Shown: in pieces, positions 8,877 to 17,010 of the stretch
Layout of the letters: every line of letters begins with the position of its first letter
Numbering within the stretch: the first letter of the stretch is position 1
Origin: Oligoflexales bacterium
GTDB lineage: Bacteria > Bdellovibrionota_B > Oligoflexia > Oligoflexales > Bog-1112
Assembly: GCA_045105515.1 (NCBI GenBank)
Contig: JBGCDR010000333.1
Span: 1 to 37,192 of the forward strand
Reading direction: 5' to 3'
DNA: 37,192 bases
Notes under the pieces: generated by a model
Databases searched by the model: none
What the model saw: the letters and a program-made list of their open reading frames with translations, nothing else
Told to the model about the DNA's origin: nothing
Program-made: the position numbers and the translations under genes

Positions 8877-9510
8877 GTTAAAATTAAGAGCAGGAATCAC
8901 AGTGAACTCCTTCATGAATTTCTCAGAAATTTATACCAAAAGACTAAAAGTTAGACGCTTTAACAACCAAGATTTAGCAGAAATTCTAAGCTATCGAAAT
9001 GATATCGAATTGGCAAGATATACAAGTTGGGACCAGCCTCTTACACAAACTGATGGCATCACCATGATTAACAAATATTATTACCTGCACCCTGATACAC
9101 CAGGAAAAAAAAGCTGCTTAGGTATCGAACTTATGAAAACTGGCCAACTTATCGGGGAATTAAGCCTGAGGACCGACCCAATAGACACAAGTCAAGTGGA
9201 GTTTTCGATTGCCATTGCTCACCGGTTCCAAAATCTGGGGCTTGCATGCGAAGCTTCCAAGGGAATATTTAATTTTCTGTTCCACCGGCAGGGTAAAAAT
9301 AAGATCAAAGCACTATCCGATGCAAGGAATATCAAATTTATTGAATTCTTGAAAAAAATAGGAATGCAACAAGAGGCATTTTTCCGAGAAAACCTCTTGC
9401 ATCGGGATCAATGGTGTGACCAGCTTTTATTAGCAGTGCTAAAGCGTGAGTGGCCTCAAACTTGCAAAACAGCTAAGTTGGACCTAGCCAACCTATTCAG
9501 TAGTCAGTAA
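8869..9510 (+). CDS. GNAT acetyltransferase, RimJ/RimL family
   Basis: IYTKRLKVRRF...DL, LIGELSL, FQNLGLACEA, DARNIK...LKKIGMQQEA, LKREW. The true start may be GTG 8902 or ATG 8914. Confidence 0.85.
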   Translation: MLELKLRAGITVNSFMNFSEIYTKRLKVRRFNNQDLAEILSYRNDIELARYTSWDQPLTQTDGITMINKYYYLHPDTPGKKSCLGIELMKTGQLIGELSLRTDPIDTSQVEFSIAIAHRFQNLGLACEASKGIFNFLFHRQGKNKIKALSDARNIKFIEFLKKIGMQQEAFFRENLLHRDQWCDQLLLAVLKREWPQTCKTAKLDLANLFSSQ

Positions 9511-10282
9511 ACCGTAATTTCAACCACGCAATACCAGCGAAAATTGCCATATAGCTCCCCGCAATCAGTACTATATTAATCGGCACTACTGCGGCATCAC
9601 CAAGGACGTTCGAAAGACTTGGTATAAATGGATCTGCAAGTAACTTCCCCACGACCCTAAAAGGCAAGTACTCTGATATTCCATCAAATACATTTTCATC
9701 AAGAATCCAACCTAAAAGAGGCTCTAAAATCAATTGCCAACCTATAAATGTTAAGATTGCAGGGACAGCTTTTCTTAGCAACAAAGAAAGTACTAGTGCA
9801 AACTCGAATACGATAAAACATTGAATTAAGAAGTAAAGCAGACCCTGCATTGCTTCTGCAGTGAAATAAGGTCCTTCTCCCTTGAGACCAAAGGCAAGAG
9901 ATATAAAGATAGAAACACTAAGCGAAATGAAAGCAAAAGATCCACAAACTAATAGATAGCTAGCAAGTACCTGCTCTCGATCCCACCCATCAATGATATG
10001 TTGTTTTAGCAGCTTATTTTCATCATCACTGGTAGCAAGAAGAATAACTAAAAACCCTAAAAAATAGTTACCAAACTTCATAAACCAACTGGCATTTCCC
10101 CAAACTTGCGGAAAAGTAAATAAACCAACAATAGGAAGCTCGTTACCTGAAACAGTCAATTCAGTAAACTTCGATGCAATCCCAGCAATAGCGAAAGTTA
10201 CTCCTAATATAATTATCAAAAAAATCCAAAACGTACGGTAACCGACTAATTTACTAAAGGGGACTAAAAACAAGTCTTTCAT
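9497..10282 (-). CDS. ABC-2 type transporter permease
   Basis: About 6 TM segments, LKQHIIDGWDR motif, YLPF. ATGA-coupled to the upstream ATPase gene. Confidence 0.85.
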   Translation of the reverse strand: MKDLFLVPFSKLVGYRTFWIFLIIILGVTFAIAGIASKFTELTVSGNELPIVGLFTFPQVWGNASWFMKFGNYFLGFLVILLATSDDENKLLKQHIIDGWDREQVLASYLLVCGSFAFISLSVSIFISLAFGLKGEGPYFTAEAMQGLLYFLIQCFIVFEFALVLSLLLRKAVPAILTFIGWQLILEPLLGWILDENVFDGISEYLPFRVVGKLLADPFIPSLSNVLGDAAVVPINIVLIAGSYMAIFAGIAWLKLRFTDY

Positions 10283-11175
10283 TTTTGGTTTCCTAATAAT
10301 TCGAGAAAGTGAGTCTCTAAACTCTTCTTCTTTTGGACAAGGTGGTTTATACCCAGCCCTTTTTCCACTAAAAACCGGTTAAGTTCTGATAATTTCCGGT
10401 CTTCTTTCAAATGCACAAGACAGAGATCTTTTTTAGTTTCGAAATCCCGAACCAAGTCACAACTTTTTAATTCTTCACTTAGTTGCTCTAAATCACTCGC
10501 AGCTACCTCAATGGTGTCCTCAACAGTGAGCACATCCGAAATAGCTCCTGACTGTAAAATGCTGCCTTGCTTCATGATACTTACATGGGTGCATACTTTC
10601 TCTACTTCGTCGAGAATATGGCTTGCCAGTATAATCGTCTTATCCTCACTCGCAAGCTCTTTGATAGTCTCCCTGATCTCGATGATACCTTCCGCATCAA
10701 TTCCATTAGTTGGTTCATCAAGCACGAGGACTTCAGGGCTACCTAATAAGGTTGCTGCAATTGCTAGACGTTGCTTCATCCCCAAAGAGTAACTAGAAAA
10801 CGGTTTAAAGCGGTCAGCCCAAAGGCCAACTTTCTGCAAAGACGACTGCACAGCTTGTTCTAAATGGGGAAGCCTTCTAATGTATCCAGTGACTCTTAAG
10901 TTTTGCTGGCCCGATAGCCAAGGACAGAAATTTGGATTCTCAAGTAGAGCACCTAAACGTCGCCGATTTCTTCCAAACTGTCCTTCCCCAAACCAACTAT
11001 AGTTACCGTTATCAGGTCTTATAACTCCCAGAAGCATTCCTAAAGTAGTGGACTTGCCACTACCATTAGGCCCAAGAATTCCAAATACTTGCCCCCTCTC
11101 TATGTTGACTGAGATATTGTCGACTGCTGTGACATCTCCAAAACGCTTGCTCAGATGATCGATGGTCAAAACCAT
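10279..11175 (-). CDS. ABC transporter ATP-binding protein (BcrA-like exporter)
   Basis: Walker A GPNGSGKST, signature YSLGMKQRL, Walker B LVLDEPTNG, SH switch. Confidence 0.95.
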   Translation of the reverse strand: MVLTIDHLSKRFGDVTAVDNISVNIERGQVFGILGPNGSGKSTTLGMLLGVIRPDNGNYSWFGEGQFGRNRRRLGALLENPNFCPWLSGQQNLRVTGYIRRLPHLEQAVQSSLQKVGLWADRFKPFSSYSLGMKQRLAIAATLLGSPEVLVLDEPTNGIDAEGIIEIRETIKELASEDKTIILASHILDEVEKVCTHVSIMKQGSILQSGAISDVLTVEDTIEVAASDLEQLSEELKSCDLVRDFETKKDLCLVHLKEDRKLSELNRFLVEKGLGINHLVQKKKSLETHFLELLGNQK

Positions 11176-11184
11176 AAATATTCC

Positions 11185-11397
11185 TTAATCTTCAGGGCCA
11201 TATACTCCAGATCTTAAGGTGGAGACATTACCATGAGTATTCTGCCATATATCTACCTGATAGGCGAACTCATCCCCATCCTCTGCCTCTATGTCTACTT
11301 CACTTCCATGCACTGTATGCTCACCACCATGCTCATCCCTCACCCGCGCATAAGCACTATAGACATTTGGGGTGTCCACAATCTTTCCAACCTGCAT
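11185..11397 (-). CDS. Small acidic protein, probable divergent cold-shock/OB-fold domain
   Basis: 70 aa with a strong AGGAGG RBS 5 nt before the ATG. The pattern GKIV...AYARV..EHGGEHTVHGSEV...EDGDEFAYQV parallels the cold-shock domain layout. Confidence 0.65.
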   Translation of the reverse strand: MQVGKIVDTPNVYSAYARVRDEHGGEHTVHGSEVDIEAEDGDEFAYQVDIWQNTHGNVSTLRSGVYGPED

Positions 11398-11433
11398 TGC
11401 AACCTCCTATATACCATCGGTTTTCATGAGAGA

Positions 11434-11460
11434 TATTCGGAAGGATGTAATTCTTATTTA
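11434..11460 (-). promoter_or_regulatory. Putative sigma28 (FliA)-type promoter
   Basis: Minus strand reads TAAA-N15-TCCGAATA, 36 nt upstream of the 11397 start. Confidence 0.45.
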
Positions 11461-11535
11461 TATTAACTTAATTTATACAATGTAATCGCTTAAAATTAGG
11501 ATCTTAAATTTTAAAAGGAATCCATATGGGAAGTC

Positions 11536-12105
11536 TTACTTCTTTTCCATTTGGTCAAGAAATTCCTTTAAATAATCTTTAAGGTAGTAAAGCCCTCCAC
11601 CAAAGCATACAGTATTGATAAGGAAAATTCCGAATACTTTGAATTTTGCCCAATCTTCACTACTCAAATTATAAGTAACCCACAGGTTCAAACATGCAAT
11701 CCCAACAAAGTAGAATACAGCTGCACCATTTAGGTTCCTAAGCATCTGCTTTGGAGCTTTTATCCGGCTTCCAATTAACCTCTCGATGATTGTTTTTTCT
11801 CCCAACACATGACTCAAAGCAAATATACTGGCTACGATGAAGTTAAAAACCGTAGTTTTTAGCTTGATGAACATTTCATCTCTAAAAAGTAGAGTGAGTG
11901 AACTAAAAAATATAAGTGCTATTGAGGTCCCAAGTTGAAACTTAGTGACTGGCTGCCCCAAAGCTTTAGCAACCGAAACAAACAAGACACTACTTGCCAT
12001 CACAAATATGGTTCCGGTATATAGGTCTAGGAGCTTAAATCCTACAGCTGCAAAGCATATAAATGGCAAGAATTCTAAATACTTAACTATCTTAGCCTTA
12101 TCCAT
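11536..12105 (-). CDS. yciB: Inner-membrane protein YciB (intracellular septation protein A/IspZ family)
   Basis: LEFLP, LTLLFRDEMFIKLKTT, LNLWV, WAKFKVFG are characteristic YciB motifs. Confidence 0.9.
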   Translation of the reverse strand: MDKAKIVKYLEFLPFICFAAVGFKLLDLYTGTIFVMASSVLFVSVAKALGQPVTKFQLGTSIALIFFSSLTLLFRDEMFIKLKTTVFNFIVASIFALSHVLGEKTIIERLIGSRIKAPKQMLRNLNGAAVFYFVGIACLNLWVTYNLSSEDWAKFKVFGIFLINTVCFGGGLYYLKDYLKEFLDQMEKK

Positions 12106-12545
12106 CGTGATGTTTTACCTTTCTTATTACCTCTATAAATCTTGGGACCTTATTGTTGTGCAAAGCTAGCAGACGAACAAGCTTTATCTAAAAGTTTGGG
12201 TGAAATTGCAAGTTTAAGCACTCACTTTTCAAGTCCGCCATAAAAATTCAGCTAAAAGAGAATACTGCAGCAAGGTCAATTTAAGAAAACATGCTGAAAC
12301 TCTGAGGAAGAGGCTTCTTATTCCTCTTTACAAGGGTTTCTGTTACCTCACTTTAAAATGAAGACCTCATAAAGCTGGGTGGCAACTTTATTTCCTAGTT
12401 TGGAGAGATGAGTTTTCGCATAACCAATGTCTATCACATGGGAAACTTACCTTAAGTTCGAGCTAGGTTATAAGCAAGCTTCGCAATAGCAATGAAAAGC
12501 ATTAAAATGACAGTAAAAATAAAATGACTCTCAGCGGATCAGATT

Positions 12546-15374
12546 ATGAACAACAAGTTATTGATGATGCTCGGTATTGCATATTTTTTCTCTTTCTTGG
12601 CAAAAGGACATGCAGAAATCCAAAATCCTATTTTGAGCTGGAACGAAAATATGTCCCCTCTTCCAATGCTAGATTTGGTTTTCCTGGACCCTGAAATGAA
12701 GCATACTATTTTCGATAAAAAATCATTAGAACGGTCTCTTGAAAAATGGCAGGACACTACTAAAAAAAGCGAAGGACAAGCGAAAAATCCAAAGGCTTAT
12801 CTTAGGAAATCTATTAACTTTTTAAAACACTTCAATCATGTACTGGTTAGAAACTACTACGAAAACAATTTTAGAGAAATTAGTGGCTATAAGATAGCTG
12901 AGCTAAGTACTAAAATAAGGAGAGAACTTTCTTTTTTACTTAGTAGCTTATTAGCTCACAAATTAGAGCCTGAAGAAAGATCATTACATGCTTTTCAAAA
13001 ATACCTAGTAGATTTTCAAATCCCTAGTCTGCGTGAAAAAGCTGTAAAATCATTAGAACCTCACCCCATCCATATTTTATCAGATCAGAGGAAACGACTT
13101 ATTTTATTTGGCTCATACCTTGTAGACCTCTATAAAGAGGGTCCAGAAAGCACCACCGCAATGCAAGGTCTCAACCACATAAGCCCTTATATGAGCAAGG
13201 AAGCTAACACTCTTTCCCAACTTTATCTTGCTAGACTAAAACTGGGTTACGGCTTTGATGGAAAGAAGATAGGAAGTTTTAAGCCTACGTACCATAGGCA
13301 CATCAAGATAATTGCAAACCTTTGTAATTCTTTTTCAGATACACAAAATAGCCAAGTTTTGGCTTCTATCCTCAGTATTTGGGCAAAAGCCAAGGATTTT
13401 GTCGGAAGTTGGGATAAGCTCCCCATCAACACCTCTTGCTACAGAGACCTTACTCCCTTTCTGGCTACAAGAGAACGGGTGGCATTGAAACACTGGCACA
13501 AAAAAGAACATCAAGAAGCTTATGAAATTTACGACCATATTGCCGATAAAACCAGCAAGGAATCAACACAAATACTAATTCAAAAAAGAATTTTAAAGCT
13601 TGCTAAATTAATCTATTTGGACAAACAAAACATTATATTTTATCAGGGGGTTTATGCTAAAGCACTCAAATTGGTCAGGCATACTCAATTTAGAATGCAA
13701 CTAAGATCCGATCTATTTATGATAACGCAAACCTACCTTACAACAGTCTATCGCAAACACAATTCTATTCCTAATTTAGAAAGCATCGTCAACAATTTTT
13801 TAGCTCATAGCAGTAACAGTGACAATAGCCGTAAAATTTCGATTCTAGAGGCAAAAATACTACATCGCATGCAAGACTATGAAAAGGCCTGGAAAGCCTA
13901 TTATAATTTATCAAAAAACACTAAAAAAAGTAGTCAAAGGATCCTTGATCTGGAGGAGGCAATTAGAAACTACGCACTAAATTACAAATGGTCACTTGAA
14001 AAACCATGGACAAACTTGAAAGAAAAACCCAAGCGCGAACACCAAAAATTCGAACATCTTCACCTTGAACTATTAAGCATCGCTGAATACAAAGCACCAC
14101 GTTCATGGGATAAAGCTATAAACCTTGGTATGCTGTATCTAATAAACAAGAGGGCAAACCAAGCATATGAGCTTTGGAAACCATATTGGAATCAAAATCC
14201 AAAGATTAAATTTACAAATGCAGTTGGTGGAGCACTTCTAAAACGATTACACGAACTGCAATCTTGGAATCTAATTTCAGAGTTTTTGGTCTTCATAAAG
14301 GAACATAAATTAGCACCTGAATATCTCGAAAAAAAGATTCCAGTTAAAAAATATGAAGAAAAGGCAACGTATGAAATTGGTAAAAAAGCTCTTACAAATA
14401 TGGAGTTATTAAAAGCCGAACAAGCCTTTGAAAATCTAATACATAATTTTAGAAAATCTTTAAACTATCAAGACTATCTAGCATATATGATCAAAACTTC
14501 AAAATTACTGCAAAAGTACAAACCTTTGAAATTTTACCTTGAAAAATATCTTGAATTAGGAAGGGATCATGCAGATTTTGAAAAAAAAATCCTAAGTTTA
14601 ATTGAGTTACTGAAAGGTATGGGAAAGATCAAAGAAACATTTAAATATGCGAAAAAATATATTGACTACTACCCAGAAGACATCAAAACTCAAAAACAAT
14701 TCGAACTAATAGTTAAATTATGCGAAACTCTCCCCAAGAATTATTGCGCAGAAAGCAGTCACAAAATTAGCAAAACCATAAATCAACTTAATGCTTATGA
14801 TAGATTAAAAGAGAAAATAATTTCTCAAAAGCATCACGCAAAAACAGCAAGCAAAAATCTTGATTCCAAAAAATTACGTGAGATCGAGTCAGAAATCATC
14901 AATTTAGGTAAAAATAATCCTATGGTCAAAGATACTATTAACTATGTCTGGTTTGCGCAAATTAAAATAATTTCCGACTCTTTAGTTAAGAAACTCCGGT
15001 CACGAAAAATAAAAAGCGACGAAGCAATTGAACAGTATGAAAATATTCGACAAACTTTCATGGGCATCTGCAATAGAAAAAGTGTTTCATCTTGTGCACA
15101 AAGTTTCAAAGAACTTCTTTTTCTTACAACTGAAATGAAATCATTCTTAGCATTGTCAGATCATCGTCATCTACTTAATACTTATTCTGAGTTAGAGATG
15201 AAATTAAAAAAAAGAATGTCGAGGTATCTGTCTCGCAATATCACAGAACCTAAAGTAGCTCAAAAGATATTGTGGGAAACTATGAAAGAATGGAACTTCG
15301 ATAATGATCCTTACACTGGTATTGGCTATATCCAGCTCATTGAATATGCGAATAAACCCCAATTTAAAGGATAG
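12546..15374 (+). CDS. Large exported all-helical TPR-like protein (possible divergent GltD/AgmU-like)
   Basis: 942 aa with a signal peptide (KGHA-E). TPR-like helices EAKILHRMQDYEKAWKAY, LGMLYLINKRANQAYELW, ATYEIGKKAL...AEQAFENL, YIDYYPED. Confidence 0.7.
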   Translation: MNNKLLMMLGIAYFFSFLAKGHAEIQNPILSWNENMSPLPMLDLVFLDPEMKHTIFDKKSLERSLEKWQDTTKKSEGQAKNPKAYLRKSINFLKHFNHVLVRNYYENNFREISGYKIAELSTKIRRELSFLLSSLLAHKLEPEERSLHAFQKYLVDFQIPSLREKAVKSLEPHPIHILSDQRKRLILFGSYLVDLYKEGPESTTAMQGLNHISPYMSKEANTLSQLYLARLKLGYGFDGKKIGSFKPTYHRHIKIIANLCNSFSDTQNSQVLASILSIWAKAKDFVGSWDKLPINTSCYRDLTPFLATRERVALKHWHKKEHQEAYEIYDHIADKTSKESTQILIQKRILKLAKLIYLDKQNIIFYQGVYAKALKLVRHTQFRMQLRSDLFMITQTYLTTVYRKHNSIPNLESIVNNFLAHSSNSDNSRKISILEAKILHRMQDYEKAWKAYYNLSKNTKKSSQRILDLEEAIRNYALNYKWSLEKPWTNLKEKPKREHQKFEHLHLELLSIAEYKAPRSWDKAINLGMLYLINKRANQAYELWKPYWNQNPKIKFTNAVGGALLKRLHELQSWNLISEFLVFIKEHKLAPEYLEKKIPVKKYEEKATYEIGKKALTNMELLKAEQAFENLIHNFRKSLNYQDYLAYMIKTSKLLQKYKPLKFYLEKYLELGRDHADFEKKILSLIELLKGMGKIKETFKYAKKYIDYYPEDIKTQKQFELIVKLCETLPKNYCAESSHKISKTINQLNAYDRLKEKIISQKHHAKTASKNLDSKKLREIESEIINLGKNNPMVKDTINYVWFAQIKIISDSLVKKLRSRKIKSDEAIEQYENIRQTFMGICNRKSVSSCAQSFKELLFLTTEMKSFLALSDHRHLLNTYSELEMKLKKRMSRYLSRNITEPKVAQKILWETMKEWNFDNDPYTGIGYIQLIEYANKPQFKG

Positions 15375-15376
15375 GC

Positions 15377-16237
15377 ATGTTAAAACCACTGCCAGCAATT
15401 TTAAATTTAATCTTAATATCATCTTTGAGTGCTTGTATACATTCAAGAAACGTCGAACCTAATACTCAATACAAAGTAAGTAAAAATAACTATAGTTTTT
15501 TTATTGAAAACAGATTTTCTAAAGAGCCACTCAAACCTGCCCAAGAGGTTTTTTTAAAACAACAGCATCATCTACTAAAAAAATCTAACTGGAAGCTTGT
15601 AAAAACTAATAGCCTCAGATATTTGGAAAAACACCCTTATGATGAGCTAGCATTAAGCTATCTTTCAATAGCAGTATACCAACTTGGATTTTCGAAATTA
15701 GCAACTTACTATACTGATCTGCTTTTATCACTAAACGAAAGTGATGCGATTGCCTTAAATATAAAAGGCCTTATTACCATTAAAAATGCCAATGTCCTCC
15801 ATGACTATCGTCTCGCAATCTCTTTATTCCTAAAAGCCATGGAATCAAATCAAGATGAAGTAGCGGCAGGACTGAATTTAGGTTATACCTATTTATCACT
15901 TGGCAATTCTACTAAGGCAGGCAAAGTGTTTAGACATATGTCCAAGCGGTGCAACAACTGCCAAGTGGCAGAAACAGGTAATGCAATTTCTCTTATGCGC
16001 TTAGGTAAGTCCCAAGATGCCATGTCGATTCTGAAAGATTTGACCGACAAAAATCCAAATAATTTAGTCGCAAAATACGAACTAGCTCGTTATTATTTTC
16101 GAGTTGGTCGCAAGAGTGCCGATGCAAATAAAATCCTCAGAGAGGTATTTGAAAATACTAACAAAAATGATAGGAAGGAAGTACTAAAAAGGGCTAAAAT
16201 GCTGTGGAATGATCAAAATAGGCATAATTTATTTTAA
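15377..16237 (+). CDS. TPR-repeat lipoprotein (possible GltE/AglT-like)
   Basis: Lipobox LSA-C. TPR motifs ALNIKGLI, AGLNLGYTYLSLGNSTKAGKVF, AKYELARYY. Starts 2 nt after the upstream stop. Confidence 0.8.
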   Translation: MLKPLPAILNLILISSLSACIHSRNVEPNTQYKVSKNNYSFFIENRFSKEPLKPAQEVFLKQQHHLLKKSNWKLVKTNSLRYLEKHPYDELALSYLSIAVYQLGFSKLATYYTDLLLSLNESDAIALNIKGLITIKNANVLHDYRLAISLFLKAMESNQDEVAAGLNLGYTYLSLGNSTKAGKVFRHMSKRCNNCQVAETGNAISLMRLGKSQDAMSILKDLTDKNPNNLVAKYELARYYFRVGRKSADANKILREVFENTNKNDRKEVLKRAKMLWNDQNRHNLF

Positions 16238-16261
16238 TAACGTTAAAACTATGGAAATCCA

Positions 16262-16909
16262 ATGAAATTCTTTCTCTTGTCTGCATTAATTCTAATTAAT
16301 CTAAATACTATTGCATTTGCTAGTGACCCTACAGAACATATTGATGCCCAAACAATCGTTGCCAAGCCCGAGAAGGGCTTTTACTTAGAACCTTTTGCAG
16401 AGTTTGGTCAAAGCAAACCCACTGATGGGGGAAGCCCTAAACCTTCATATAGCTTCGGCTTAAATATCGGCTTTATGCAGGCCAGCAACTTATGGACAAG
16501 ATTAGAACCATCATTTGAAATTTTTTCTAAAGCACTCAATTCAGCAAACAAGGAAGCTATCATCCCAGTGGGTGGAATGTTTAGATTTGCATATGCTTAC
16601 AGAATAAGCCCTGGTTTGTACGCAGGTCCTGCTCTAGGAATAGGTATGGGTATGTCATCGTATCAAGAAACTCGATCTGAAATTAAGTATGAGTCTAGTT
16701 CACAATCCCCAGTACAAGCTATAGCAGGACAATTTCTAATTGATTTCATAGCTAGTAAACAGCTTTCATTCAGGACAGGGTTAAAGGTTTCTCATTACCT
16801 GATCAGTGTTGATGAGATTGAATCCAATTCAAACACCATTAAGCTGGATAATGTCCATTTTAACTGCTTCGAACTAGTTTTTGGGCTACGGCTAAAGTTT
16901 TCTTCATAA
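16262..16909 (+). CDS. Small outer-membrane beta-barrel protein
   Basis: Signal peptide (IAFA-S), alternating amphipathic strands (GFYLEPFAEFG, YSFGLNIGF), C-terminal FGLRLKF strand followed by SS. Confidence 0.75.
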   Translation: MKFFLLSALILINLNTIAFASDPTEHIDAQTIVAKPEKGFYLEPFAEFGQSKPTDGGSPKPSYSFGLNIGFMQASNLWTRLEPSFEIFSKALNSANKEAIIPVGGMFRFAYAYRISPGLYAGPALGIGMGMSSYQETRSEIKYESSSQSPVQAIAGQFLIDFIASKQLSFRTGLKVSHYLISVDEIESNSNTIKLDNVHFNCFELVFGLRLKFSS

Positions 16910-17010
16910 ACCCCTATTCCCTCTGTTTAAACTTACCTTGATTTTTACTATTTAAATCAATAAATATGTGGATAGAGTTTTTGATCCATTATTGATCTTC
17001 AGGGATTCAA

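Noticed and set aside
12372..12391. AAGCTGGGTGGCAAC resembles a T-box antiterminator sequence
   Set aside because: No following GCG/antiterminator pairing, no terminator, no ordered stem I, and the downstream gene is unrelated to amino acid metabolism.
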